Assembly: GCF_006345805.1 (NCBI RefSeq)
Contig: NC_043013.1
Location: forward strand, 39,742,001 to 39,806,000
Direction of reading: 5' to 3'
DNA: 64,000 bases
Source: Octopus sinensis
Lineage: Eukaryota
The notes below the pieces were generated by a model. The model had not been told where the DNA came from, did not search any database, and worked only from the letters and a program-made list of their open reading frames with translations. Shown in pieces: positions 13,249 through 26,760 of the stretch; within the stretch, counting starts at the first letter, position 1; each line of letters opens with the position of its first letter. Made by a program: the position numbers and the translations under genes.

Positions 13249-13716
13249 TTAATAAATGATTCTGGTTACACTCTGTCTTCCGTATTAATCATTTAAAATA
13301 TATTCCCCGCTAGCAATATATATATAGGTTATAAAATGAGATAGGGGTTGAAAAATTCAACCCACCATGGGATAACATATATCCAATATACTGCTAGACA
13401 GGTACCCAACAAGACTAATACATAGATGTTAAAAATTACCAAGCAATTAGTTCATCTATTGTATTATATGGGCAAAGGTAATAATATTACCGTAAATATA
13501 TATATATATATATATATATAAAACTTAGAGAAAACTTAGATATGTTTCGACCAAAGATTGGTCCAGGCCATGTCTTATATATATATATATATATATATAC
13601 ATATATATTGTATCTTGAGGGTGCAGTGTCGCACTGATACCCAGCTGGCGGATAATGTGCCTGGGGTCAAACTGGCGGGAGTGAGCCCTAGCTATCGTTC
13701 TAAGGGCCAGGTACTC

Positions 13717-13760
13717 ACAACTGAGGATGAAACCAAGCAGCTCGAAACTGAGTCAGTTTC
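13717..13760 (+). ncRNA. Putative hammerhead-like motif
   Basis: CUGAGGA U GA...UC GAAAC UGA GUC. Core boxes are present but stems I and II are weak. Confidence 0.35.
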
Positions 13761-14215
13761 GCGATCTTGTTGCCCGATAGAGGATGGTAGCCGGTAAATT
13801 GACTGCTAAAGTTTATTAACTGCAGAGTAATTTCCGATCTCAGCGCGCCAAAGTGAAGGCATTTGAAAGATACACATAAATGTAATTTGTAGAACTTTAT
13901 ACATACTGGATTTCGGTCGAGCGTTCTGTATCTAGTTCTGGAAATTGTGTTTTGTAAACGACAAACTATGCTGATGATCTTACAGATGTTTGCGTATCCA
14001 TATACGTAAATATTGACAAATGAAACTAATTAGTACATAGGTAATCGTAAATTTTCATTTGTCTTGCTTATTTTTACACTTTGGTACATACATACATATA
14101 TACACACATACATATACGCATATGTGATTTGTGTGCTTGTAAATGTACCATCACTGTATACACATACATACATTAATACATCTCTGTATATATAAATATA
14201 TATTTTTATCTTATA

Positions 14216-14608
14216 CTAGCAGTATCGCCCGGCGTTGCTCGGGTTTGTAAGGGAAATAATTATATAAGCATTTTTAGAGATGTAAAGTATAATAGCCATC
14301 TCAATATGGCTAACCACAAAGGAGGAGGGGTGTTACTGTAGCTTTTTACGTTCTGAGATTTAATAATAAATTTTAGAGAGTTACTTCCCCTTATATATGT
14401 CAAAAATGGATTAAAAATGGGAAAAATTGATGGTAATTTTTTTTTTAAATCGTAGACTCCGTAGACGCGCGCTAATACCCAGACGGTCTCGATATGAATC
14501 ACGACGATAAGATACCCGGTTTTGGTTAACTGCACCGCAAAATGTGGGAGTAGTTAGGAATCTAAATCGTAGGAGACAGACACACAACCTCACTTTTATA
14601 TATAAAGA
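14216..14608 (-). mobile_element. Non-autonomous Helitron
   Basis: The minus strand starts TC(TTTATATATAAAA) and ends with hairpin CCCGAGCAACGCCGGG plus CTAG. It sits between A and T, and its 3' ~100 bp is shared with 61196-61583. Confidence 0.8.
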
Positions 14609-14768
14609 TTTCCTCTATTAACATAATATTGAGGTCTCTTCTTTTCTTTTGTTATCTTACTGTTTTTACCAATATACATATATATATAATATAAATATAT
14701 ATATATTACAGAGATGTACTTGCATAGCAAGTGACTTGATCTGAGATCGTGTGCTGGAACGAAAACAG

Positions 14769-15021
14769 TTGTAGCGTTGAAGGTGTTTATAAGCCATTTA
14801 AGAACACACAAAAACCGTTAGATTCACTTCAACATTAAATTTAATTTGTCAAAATATTTTCATCGCTTTGAGACCGCGACCTGTTAGCACGATATTTTTG
14901 TCAGTGAACAGGTCGCGGTCTCAAAGCGACGAAAATATTTTGGCAAATTAAATTTAAATGTTGAAGTGAATGTGGTTTTTGTGTGTTTCTTAAATGGCTT
15001 ACAAACACCTTCCACGCTGCA
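14769..15021. repeat. Inverted repeat (~115-bp arms, ~20-bp spacer), probably PLE-terminal
   Basis: ...CGCTTTGAGACCGCGACCTGTT / AACAGGTCGCGGTCTCAAAGCG..., flanked by (TA)n. Confidence 0.85.
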
Positions 15022-15099
15022 ATATATATATACACCATATATATATATATGTATGTATGTATGTATGTGTGTATATGTGTATGCATGTATGTGTGTGTG

Positions 15100-15315
15100 T
15101 GTGCGTGTCTGTGCTTGTGATTGTCCTCCACACTCTTGACAACGAATGTTGGTTTGTTTACATCCCTGTCACCTAGTGGTTTGACAAAGGAAACAGATAG
15201 AATAAGTACAATGCTTACAAAAATAAAACGAGTTGATTCATTAAACTACAATTCTTCAAGGCATTGCCCCAGCATGGCCACAGACCAATGGCTGGAAAAA
15301 GCAGAAGAATAAAAA
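15100..15315 (+). mobile_element. Family A SINE, 3' half, diverged
   Basis: CTTGACAAC...GATAGAATAAGTAC...CCCCAGCATGGCCACAG. Confidence 0.7.
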
Positions 15316-15382
15316 TACATTCTCTGCTTTGGTCTTATGTTCAAGGCATGAGAAAGCTTGAGTTTACATGAGAAGGCCTAAC

Positions 15383-15858
15383 AGACCTGGTAGAAACAGC
15401 AGCCAAATCTCCCTCAAATCACACCTTACTGTCTTATGTATGTATATATATATATGAGCCATGAGGGGGACCTCTACATGGTAGCTAGACCTGGTAGAAA
15501 TAGCAGCCAAATTTCCCCCCAATCACACCTTACTGTCTTATCTATGTATAATGTATGTATGAGCCTATGGGGAGACCCCTACATGGCCTAGACCTGGTAG
15601 AAATAGCAGCCAAATTTCCCCCAAATCACACTTACTGTCTTATCTATGTATATATGTATGTATGAGCCTATGAGGAGAGACCCCTACATGCAGCTAGACC
15701 TGGTAGAAATAGCAGCCAAATTTCCCCCAAATCACACCTTACTGTCTTATCTATGTATATATGTATGTATGAGCCTATGAGGGAGACCCCTACATGGCAG
15801 CTAGACATGGTAGAAATAGCAGCCAAATCTCCCTCAAATCACACCTTACTGTCTTATC
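15383..15858 (+). repeat. Minisatellite, ~105-bp unit, ~4.5 copies
   Basis: AGACCTGGTAGAAATAGCAGCCAAAT recurs at about 15383, 15487, 15590, 15696 and 15803. Confidence 0.95.
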
Positions 15859-17297
15859 TTTCTGCTACTTGGATATAGGTGTTATATTCGTCGTAAAAAA
15901 CTTTCCTGTCACACACTCACGCACACGCGCACACACACACACACACACCACACGCACCCTCACACACACACACACGCGCACACCCACACACTCACTCACC
16001 ACACGCACGTTAGCTTACAATTTTATTTATATTTTGCGTGTCTATGTGTGGAAAGAGGAAGTGGGAGGCAGAGTGAAAGAATCACTCACTACAGTAAGTC
16101 AATTACTTTCATTTTATTCGTTGCCCACTGTGTGTGGCGTTGCGTTTGTGCCGTAAACCAGACTAAGAAAGCATTGACACACACACCAGAATGTGAGTTT
16201 TCTGTAAATTTTGCTTAATTGGAGTTTAAATTTTAAAAACTGGACCTGGCATGACGCGATGCATTGTACTCTTAAAAATGCAAGGTAAATTGTAATTGAA
16301 GAAATCCTATATTGTAGATTTGTATAACTCCCAAAGGGAGGCAGATAAAATCTGCCTTTTATAATAAGAGATTAAACTTTTTATACTTTTTGATACTTAT
16401 ATATATTTAATAAAATAAAAATAAATAAATATATATATATATATATAAATTTATAAATATAAAATAATAATTTCAAATTTTTAACTTAAAATTTAAATTA
16501 TTTAAATTTTGAATTTTATATTTGATACATTTTGTATTTTATATGAATTAATTTTATTTCTATGTTTTGGTTTATGTTTTTCACTGTTTGATTTGCCTAA
16601 TAGTGGTTTTATCTCTAAGTTAATTTATAAATAAATATATATATATATGTGTGTGTGTGTGTGTTTGTATGTGTGCGTGTGTATGTGTGTGTTTGTGTGT
16701 GTGTTTGTATGTGTATGTGTGTGTGTGTAGATGGATGGATGGATGGATGAATGAATGGATGATAGATGGATATATGTATGGATGTACACAATTAAGATAT
16801 ATGTATGCATGTGTAAATCTGTGTATGTTTGTGCATGTATGTACATATGTGTCAGAGTGTGTTTGCTTTTGTAACACTCATTGCCTTTTTAATACAGACA
16901 GTCTTGGATAATTAATACACATTTTGTAATGATCAAAGTCTCTCGACCACATTCGTGCTAAATGTCGACTGAATAATATTTGAAGGTCAACAACCGAAAA
17001 AAAGGAGGAAGGAAAAGCAGATGTAACGCAAGGATATAAACGCGCCTACATCCACACAAATATCTGCGCGTATTTGTTTATATATATATATATATATATA
17101 TATACATACATATATACAGACAGACAAACAGATAGATAGATATGTAGATATATACATACATGGACAGACAGATAGATACATACATACATACATACATACA
17201 TACATACATACATACATACATACATACATACATACATACATGGACAGACAAACAGACAGACAGACAGATAGACATACATACAGACAGACAGACAGAC

Positions 17298-17379
<82 letters not shown>

Positions 17380-17399
17380 TGTTTTGCACTTTGAGCTTG

Positions 17400-17820
17400 A
17401 CCGAGATGGTCAAGCTGTGAGCGCTGACCATTATGCTCAACAACTACAGCCAGTATATGATGCTTTGAAAGTCTGCTTCCCGGAATTGGTCAATTGAAGA
17501 TATGCACTGCTCCAGCATGAAAATGCCCCAGCACACACTGCCAATGAAACCAAACGCAAACTTGGAGGGGTTGAGTTGCTTCTCACTTTGCCTATAGACA
17601 AGACGGTGCACCGTCGGATTACCACCTTTTGCGAGTCGAGTCGTGACTCATTTCCTGCATGGACGGAGGTTCAACAATATGGATGACGTTCAAGGAGTAC
17701 ACGGATTTATTTTTGGCTCTAAACGATGCAAATGTTATAAGGTTGGAATTGAGCGCCAAACTTATGGCAAACGATGGCAACTAACAACAGAATATGAAGG
17801 GATGTATTAGGATGAATAAA
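17400..17820 (+). mobile_element. Decayed mariner transposase, C-terminal fragment
   Basis: LLQHENAPAHTANETKRKLGGVELL resembles the HDNA motif region, followed by an SDYHL-like segment. Frameshifted. Confidence 0.65.
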
Positions 17821-18073
17821 CATTTTTCGTACGTAATTTGAACTATAATTAGAGCTAGAAATGCGAAAAAACGTTTGATTCAACCTTGTTTATAAATAAA
17901 CATATTTGTGTGTAAGTGTTTGTGCGTGTATGTGTGTATGTGTGTGTGTACGCGCGCGTGCGTTTGTGTTTGTATGTGTGCATATACATGAAGTGGTGCT
18001 GTAAATTTTCCAGCAGTATAGGTGTAGCGAAAGGCCTAGGTGGAAGCCCTAACATTCCGAGTTCTTTTAAAGG

Positions 18074-18149
<76 letters not shown>

Positions 18150-18191
18150 CATGAGAGATAGATACATGATAGATAGATAGATAATGATTGG

Positions 18192-18256
<65 letters not shown>

Positions 18257-18287
18257 TGATTGATTGATTCATTGATTGATGATGATT

Positions 18288-18364
<77 letters not shown>

Positions 18365-18387
18365 GCGCAGGAGAGGCTATGGTCGCA

Positions 18388-18835
18388 GGAGTAGCTGTGT
18401 GGTAGCTTCCCAACCACATGTTTCCGACTTAAGTCCCACTGCATGGTACCTTGGCCAAGGTTCTTCTACTATAGCCTCGGGCCAACCAAATCCTTGTGAG
18501 TGATTTTGGTAGACGGAAACTGAAAGAAGCCTATCGTATATATATATATATATATTATATATATATATATATATATATGCGTGTGTGTGTGTGTGTGTGT
18601 GGTGTGTGTGTGTGTGCGTCTGTCTGTCTGTCTGTGTTTGTTCTCTTTCTATCGCTTGACAACCGATGCTGGTGTGTTTACGTCCCCCGTAACATAGCGG
18701 TTCGGCAAAAGATACCAACAGAATAAGTACTAGGATTACAAAGAATAAGTCCTAGGGTCGATTTGTCAAACTAAAGGCAGTGCTCCAGCATAGGCGCAGT
18801 CAAATGACTGAAGCAAATGAAAGAATGAAAGAATA
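18388..18835 (+). mobile_element. Family A SINE, full length, with internal microsatellite
   Basis: GGAGTAGCTGTGTGGTAG head, CCTTGGCCAAGG core, internal (TA)n/(TG)n, GAATGAAA tail. Confidence 0.9.
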
Positions 18836-18849
18836 CATATGTATGTATG

Positions 18850-18947
18850 TTCAATTTTATTTCAAGATTTCTTGCCAATAGAGAATGAGCCGGTTTCTAA
18901 CCTATATTCAAGGCTCCTTCGTTGGAATTTCAACATCAGCAACAGGG

Positions 18948-18948
<1 letters not shown>
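18850..18948 (-). repeat. (TACA)n-embedded module
   Basis: Reverse complement of the 1411 module, with TATG repeats on both sides. Confidence 0.75.
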
Positions 18949-18994
<46 letters not shown>

Positions 18995-18995
<1 letters not shown>

Positions 18996-19220
18996 GGGGC
19001 CTGCAGTCACCAGTGTAAGCTGCAGTGAAATGCTGGTCAATAAACTGAAACCAGCATTTCACACTAAACGCCGATGTTTATTGTCAAATCAAGTGTTATT
19101 GTACGACAATGCACGTACAGAGAGGAAAGCTTACAACGTTGAAAATTTGGGTTTCGAGTTGCTGAAATACCTCGCATACAATGCATATCTCGCTCCCTTC
19201 CGACTAACAAATCTTTGAAC
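18995..19220 (+). mobile_element. Mariner transposase fragment
   Basis: VLLYDNAR...LGFELLKYLAYNAYLAP resembles HDNAR...YSPDLAP. Confidence 0.65.
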
Positions 19221-19239
19221 TGCTCAAACATCCTGCCGC

Positions 19240-19780
19240 TACGTTCTGAGCTCAAATTCCGCCGAGGTCGACTTTGCCTTTCATCCTTTCGGGATCGATT
19301 AAATAAGTACCAGTTACGCACTGGGGTCGATATAATCGACTTAATCCGTCTGCCTGTCCTTGTTTGTCTCCTCTGTTTAGCCCCTTGTAGGTAGTAAAGA
19401 AATAGGTATTTCGTCTGTCTTTATGGTCTGAGTTCAAATTCCGCCGAGGTTGACTTTGCCTTTCATCCTTTCGGGGTCGGTTAAATAAGTATGCACTGGG
19501 TGGGGTCGATCTAATCGACTTAATCCCTTTGTCTGTCCTTGTTTGTCCCCTCTATGTTTAGACCCCCTGAGGGCAATAAAAAAATAACTATATTTGTGCA
19601 GGAAAGGCGGCGAGCTGGCAGAAACGTTAGCACACTGGGTGAAAAGCCGAATTCTGTCGAAGTCGACTTTCATTCATTCGGGGCCGATAAGTTAAGTATC
19701 ATTTGCAGACTGGGTTGATCTAATCGACTGGTCCCCACCCCCAAAAAATTCAGGCCTTGTGCTTAGAGTAAAAAAGAAAA
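19240..19780 (+). mobile_element. Three tandem family B SINE copies or fragments
   Basis: GAGTTCAAATTCCGCCGAGGTCGACTTTGCCTTTCATCCTTTCGGG is repeated; a head GGCGGCGAGCTGGCAG starts at ~19606. Confidence 0.85.
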
Positions 19781-20003
19781 TAATATATTTGTGCAGGGAA
19801 CTTTCCATAGGAGTACAATCCATTACGCCGAATATTTGTCTGTTTTTTCTGCGTCGATAACACATTCGACTAGGATTGTTCTTATAAAATACTTCTCATC
19901 TCAAAGCTACCAACCCCGAACGATTCAGTTAGAGCGAAGTTTCGGATTCCACTAAGTACTGCCTAGTACTACCCACTTCTCTCTCTATGTGTTTACATAT
20001 ACA

Positions 20004-20094
<91 letters not shown>

Positions 20095-20134
20095 TGCATA
20101 TATACATGCATATAATATATATATATATATTATA

Positions 20135-20219
<85 letters not shown>

Positions 20220-20518
20220 TATATTCTATCGTTTTATTCGTTTCAGCCAAGCAGCTGCGAACATACAGGAGCACAATCGTGCAAACTAAAAAAGTTATAT
20301 GGGACACTACACTAATCTGCGTGTCATCAAGGGCCATGCTATTTTTCTCTGTATCGTTCCAATTTTCGTCAAAAATTAGGTTAAAAAATAAGGGAATTTC
20401 TTATACATGGATAGTATGATAATCTTTTGCAAAACCTTTTTACCAAAGTTGAAGTACCAAAAATTAGGGGGTTCCTCATGCACGAGGCTTCCTTATACAC
20501 GTTAAAATTCGGTGTATG

Positions 20519-20549
<31 letters not shown>

Positions 20550-21894
20550 AACACAAAATGGGACAAGAACGCAAAACATCCGGACAACTAGGTGATACAA
20601 AAAGGGACAACAAAACATTCAGATAGATGATACAAAAAAACCAGGACGGGTCATTCGAAGCTTTCTATCCTAAGTCAAGAACCAGATCATCCTCGTAATT
20701 TCGGCTGATTAATCTTGAGATTGCTCCAATCTGACCAGCCACAAGGAAGGCATACATATACAAAGCGTATTTGTATGTGCATCTGTGTGTGTGCGTGTAC
20801 ACAGGCACGCAGACTCTCAAATTCAGTGATATTAAGAATTTAGACTATAACATCGGCTCCAGTACATATTCTAATTTTACATGCTCTATTTGTCGATCCT
20901 CAAATGTACAAGACACTGAACAAGACGCCGCTCTCTTATTTACTGTAAACCTCAACACTGACCCGAATACATATTTCATATATATTTTGTTTAAATTCTA
21001 TTGAAAGCACACAACGCATAGAAACTGAAGGAATGAAAATAATACGACTGTCATGCCACCGAAGACAACGTAAATTTGATGTCAGGGTGGGAGGGCAACC
21101 AACTTTGAGGTGATGTGACGAAGCAGGCAACCAACTTCGAGGTGATGTTACCAAGCAGGCAACCGAGGGGTGATTCGATAACTAGCATCGTAAAGATGAC
21201 GGTACAACATGATAATTGGAGGTGATTGAGATATAAAACAAACTACCTGTAGGAAGATGGCGAAGGAATCAACGTAGATGTGTTGGGTGAAGGTAGTATC
21301 AGAGAGACGAAAGAGAAAGTAGCCATGAAGCATATAATGTGTAATTCCGACATTGAATGAAAAATAATTGATTAAATCTTCTGGTGTAGTCATGCAGGAA
21401 ATTTGACTATTATCATCAATCGTCCTTCATCCGACCTCAAAGATTCACTCGGTTCATCCTATCATCTCCAATATTTTCTTTCATATTAGAATTGATGTTT
21501 TTATTTTTTATTTTTCCAAAGCTCATCTGATTCATCTTATTTAAATGCCCGGCGAAGAATCCAGTGTGTAAGACGTAAGCTAGTACTTCAGGCGGGAAAT
21601 CTTATACATAGAAGGATATGGCGTTGGTGTAGTCGTTGTTGTTGCTGCTGTTGTTGTTATTGTTGCTGTTGAGCGCTTATGCTTTTGTTGTGCGGCAGCC
21701 CCAAATCAATTGCGATTAACATTCCTCTAGTCAGAAACATTCTATTTGAGACCTTCTCGTGCAACTTTCAAACAGCGCCTAAGCAATATTTTTTTTTTTT
21801 GCTCTACATGTCCGTTTTGGTTGGTGTTGTTGTTTTTGCCTTTTTTTTTCTGGTGGGGAGGTTACGTTGACACTCCTTCACACATAAAGATGAA

Positions 21895-21918
21895 ATGAAG
21901 ACGATGACGATAGCGAGA

Positions 21919-21964
<46 letters not shown>

Positions 21965-22180
21965 CGACGACGACGACGATGATGATGATGACGATGATGA
22001 TGACGATGATGATGACGATGATGATGACGATGATGACGACGATGATGACGACGATGATGACGGCAACGACAACGGCAACGACGACGGCGACGACAATGAT
22101 GATGATTATGATGACAACAACGATGACGATAATGCTGTCAATGACGACAGCGGTGATGATAATGATGACAATGACGACGG

Positions 22181-22239
<59 letters not shown>

Positions 22240-22257
22240 GTGATGATGATGGTGATG

Positions 22258-22328
<71 letters not shown>

Positions 22329-22380
22329 GATGATGATGATGATGACGCAACGGCAATAACGACAATGACGACGGCGATGG
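21895..22380 (+). repeat. (GAT)n/(GAC)n trinucleotide tract
   Basis: Directly visible. Confidence 0.95.
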
Positions 22381-22952
22381 TGATTTCTAGAGAAATGCAT
22401 GACCAGGAATTAGTGGAAAGGATTCAGTCGAAATCCTAACCGACAGGATTTTTAACGGAAGGCTTAAAGATAACAAATCATCAATTTCATGGTTATTTAT
22501 TCGGTCACTCAAAAAGGATTTTAGGATTTTTAGGACCCCCACCTTCCCTTCCCTTATGATTCATAATCCCATAAAACAACGACTGTTTGGTTTACTTTCA
22601 TTTCGAAAGAGGGCTCCGTCGATTGAAGATCACTGTACATATTTATTTTATCGACCCGGGTAGCATTAAAAGTAAAATTCAATCCCCTGTATAGGGACCG
22701 CATTAGATCGACAACCCCCACATTTCTCTTTCTCTCTCTCTTTCTTTTTCTCTCTCTCTCTCTCTCTCTCTTCTCCTCTTTCTGATTATGTGTATGAGGG
22801 AAGAGATGACGTTTATATCAACCGTGGTCAGTTAATTAATTATAACGTCTCTTTCTCCCTCTCTTTTACACTCAATCTCATCATTTTCTATCTGCTGTAC
22901 GTGTATATTTCTGCGTGCATGCGTATTTGTGTGTGTGTGTGTGTGTGTGTTT

Positions 22953-22983
<31 letters not shown>

Positions 22984-22994
22984 TGCGTGCATGT

Positions 22995-23042
<48 letters not shown>

Positions 23043-23698
23043 TTACCTCTAAAATGTACTAAACAGGTTGACAGTTTCAGTCAGCCTCGCCACATCGTCA
23101 GCGTCCAACCAGCTGCGCTCCATCTTCTCGTATATAGCGAATAAGTAACAAAGCGACATTGCATCACCAGACATTTTGCTGTAGATCTAGCTAAAATACT
23201 TAACTCTCAGTTAAGTATTTCGAAATAACTACAACACTAAAATAAACTAACACTATAACACAGAAACTAAACGAAAAGTTATTATTCCTTAAACAATGGC
23301 GTCCGCAAGTAGCAGCTGGGATGCATGATGAAGAAGTGTCTTATTAGCTATCAGAGATTGGATAAAGAAGATGCATTCTCTGTTATTTGTAGTTTTATGA
23401 AGAATATATTCAAAACAACACCAGGACGGTTCCTCAGTCGTAATTATGGAAACTATCAACTAGTTCACATGGATACGTTTTCTTTTGCAGTGAATCACAT
23501 TGTTTCCTTGAAAACAACCTTTAAATTGGTTGCGGTAATATGCTGTTTGTCTAAATTACGTTTTTTATTTGCTGGTATATAGAAGCTTTACAGACAAAAT
23601 ACAAGTGTAAATGCATAAAAATGCTACTAAGATTTTCAACATAGAATGGTACATGTACTATATTACATACATACATGCATACATGCATATACATGTGC

Positions 23699-23732
<34 letters not shown>

Positions 23733-23739
23733 CCTTGCG

Positions 23740-23858
23740 TCATGTTATATATTGATTTCACAAAGACGTTTGACAGTCTCAACCGGAGGTTTGTAGTTGA
23801 TATATCAAGATCCAGCAGCATTTCTAAGATTATCAATGTAGCGAAATGTTTACATTAA
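23740..23858 (+). mobile_element. LINE (RTE-like) reverse transcriptase fragment
   Basis: YIDFTKTFDSLNRR...KIINVAKCLH matches the FIDFxKAFDSVxR RT motif. Confidence 0.7.
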
Positions 23859-24460
23859 AACTAAAACATTTGCATCATGTAAGCTTAGGGCTCCATCTGT
23901 CTCGCTTCTCTTCGATCGGAAGCAGCATCTGACAAAGTGCTCCATCACATTATGCGTCGACGAGACGGCAATTTGCAACCCACGTCTTATAAATATAGGT
24001 GTACCCGGGGATTCAATTATATCTTTATAACAATATCGCTTCTGTGCGAAAACAACATTCTTTCTATCACTTATAATCCTATATAGTTATTACTACACTT
24101 CGCTTCTTAAGTTTCTGCAAACAAGCAGTATCCAATCCAAACATCTGATATACAAACCACATGTTAGACTTACACCGTTTCACTCTACATAGACTCATGA
24201 ACTGACAATAAAATACAGTCACTACATACGTAAAGCAACGTATATAGTAACATTACTCTACTGTTTATAGGAACGCTGCTATACATCTAGTGATGTATAT
24301 AACACAAAACTATGTAGGTGCATATATACAGGGTGTCCATAAATTACCTTTACAATTTGAGCAATTCGGTAAAAGAGGAAAACGATAACGTAGCAAGTTG
24401 CGAGCTTAAGTTGAAGTGTTCCGGTGTTTCTGATAAAACTTTATCTAGTATAAAGGTATA

Positions 24461-24869
24461 GGAGTGGCTGTGTGGTAAGTAGCTTGTCTACCAACCACAT
24501 GGTTCCGGGTTCAGTCCCACTGCGTGGCACTTTGGGCAAGTGTCTTCTACTATAGCCTCGGGCCGACCAAAGCCTTGTGAGTGGATTTGGTAGACGGAAA
24601 CTGAAAGAAGCTCGTCGTATATATGTATATATATATATATCTTTGTGTGTGTATATGTTTGTGTTTGTCTCCCCAACATTGCTTGACTACAGATGTTGGT
24701 GTGTTTACGTCCCGTAACTTAGCGGTTCGGCAAAAGAGACCGATAGAATAAGTACTAGGCTTACAAAAAGTAAGTCCTGGGGTCGATTTGCTCGATTAAA
24801 GGCGGTGCTCCAGCATGGCCGCAGTCAAATGACTGAAACAAGTAAAAGAGTAAAAGAGAGTAAAGAGAG
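24461..24869 (+). mobile_element. Family A tRNA-derived SINE, full length (CORE-like)
   Basis: A-box-like TGGCTGTGTGG, B-box-like GGTTCAGTCCC, TTGGGCAAGTGTCTT core, internal microsatellite, (AAAGAGT)n tail. Confidence 0.92.
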
Positions 24870-26007
24870 TAGTTGCCTGTTTTCCAATAAACTCTGCTGA
24901 ATTACCTTTATTTCTTTTCTCTTTCAGGAATTGTTCAAATTCTAAATGAAATTTTTAGACACACACTCTGGTGGTGATGGTGGGGGTTTCGCATGTGCAT
25001 GTGTGTATGTGCGTGTATATATATATATTATATATATGTACAAACACACACGCATATAACTTTTCATTTTTCGACAGAGCCAGCAGTTTCATGAAGCTAG
25101 CCTTATCGACGATGTTCGGTTCAGATTCGTGTGCTCCGAGTGTCCAGATGAAGTAAGACCACGGTCAGGCGTACACTTTTCTCCTTCACGCAAATAATTT
25201 AAATGCTGCTCGTAACAGACCTAGAAGTCCTCAGAGGGAAGTCCGTATAAATATCTTCTATACCGTCCAGAGGTGGGGGTTGTAATGCTCTACAAACCAA
25301 GCTTCCAAAAGACAGGATCCTTTGAATGGAAAGCTACAGAGAGGCCAAAAGTTACAAGTTGTTTGTGGGTATAAGGACAGCTAATGTTGGGTGTATTTTA
25401 GCTTGTAATGTATGATCGAAAAAGCGATTTGTTTGCGTTGAAATGTTTATTATGACGGTTGACTGCAGAATATCTCTGGATTTAAAATTTATTGCTCTTT
25501 TCTTTGGCCGAGAGAAAACTCCCATCGAACTACTCTTTGAGAAGATGACAAATTTGTAAAGGGTCATTAATATACGAACGATTTAACATTGAATTCTACC
25601 GATGTTATTTTTCAAAGCTAATATTTCACGTGCATAGAGAAAGAGAGCTCTGAAAGTTCACCAGCATCCGTTTGATTACGGTAACTTTTTTTTCTGTACC
25701 GCCCACATCTTCGTACGATTATTTCGATGATGTTTTACTTTTTACGATGTGTTTGTGTACTTTATTATTATTATTATTAATTTTTTTTTTTTTTTTGCTA
25801 TTAACATGTTTTCAGTTTGAATCTGTGTGACGACTTCATAATAGATATTTTGAGAGACATATAACTGTTTCGGCACCTGGCTATGTGTACGGTCTGGTAC
25901 ATTATATATGTGTACGTGTGTGTGTCTGTATATGTGTATGTGTGTATGTAAGTATTCACACATATAAATATGCATAAATATATCTGTACGAATATGTATG
26001 TATATAC

Positions 26008-26094
<87 letters not shown>

Positions 26095-26232
26095 GTGGTG
26101 TGTGTGTGTGTGTACAAATATATATAGATAGATAGAGTTCAAATTTACCAAAAAGAAAAACGAAAGACGAAGACAGGTGTTGGAACAACAAAAGCATGTG
26201 TATTAGTTTAACGTTCGGGAAAAATGGAAAAG

Positions 26233-26270
26233 TCTTATACGTTTCGAGCCTACGCTCTTCGACAGAAAGG
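26233..26270 (-). ncRNA. Hammerhead-like motif, CUGUCGA core variant, in PLE-terminal module ~26135-26320
   Basis: Minus strand: CUUU CUGUCGA A GAGC-GUAG-GCUC GAAAC GUA/UAAG. Confidence 0.5.
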
Positions 26271-26722
26271 AATAAAAGGAAAAGTGGAGAGAGAATGAAA
26301 AAAAACGGAGAGAGAAAAACTGTCTAGAGTTCAACAGTCCAACATGGCTTGATGACTAGAAAAGAAGAGGTTGAACGAAAGGGAGATAATAAAAAAAGCG
26401 GTTGAAAGAAACGTATGCATGTATGTACGTATGTATGATTTATCGTTATGATATTGTGAGCGCCTGTGTGCTTCCAGCATTGGACTGAAGAGTCACATAC
26501 GCTCTCAACGCTGATATCAAAAGCTTTTACACTATTGGACACTGATGGACTACTAACATATATATATATTATATATATATATTATATATATATATTATAT
26601 ATATTATATATATATATACCGGAGTAAACACATAAATGTGAAACAAGGGGAAAAAAAGAGTACTCAAATACCAAGTGGTAGAGTAATATGCTTTATTTTA
26701 AGCAGCAGAAAATTCAACAAAT

Positions 26723-26760
26723 CTGTTACTCTGAGTTTCTCGTTGCCGTTCATCAGAAGT
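26723..26760 (-). ncRNA. Hammerhead ribozyme motif (left arm)
   Basis: Minus strand: CUU CUGAUGA ACG-GCAA-CGA GAA ACUC A GAGU A/ACAG. Stem I has a 1-nt deletion relative to the right arm. Confidence 0.6.

Noticed and set aside
20560-20745. Another (TA)n-adjacent PLE-like end with a possible hammerhead
   Set aside because: Minus-strand CUUAGGAUAG...CUUCGAAU is too degenerate to call.
21804-22400. Poly-His/Met/Ile/Ser ORFs
   Set aside because: This is a (GAT)n tract read in different frames, not a metal-binding protein gene.
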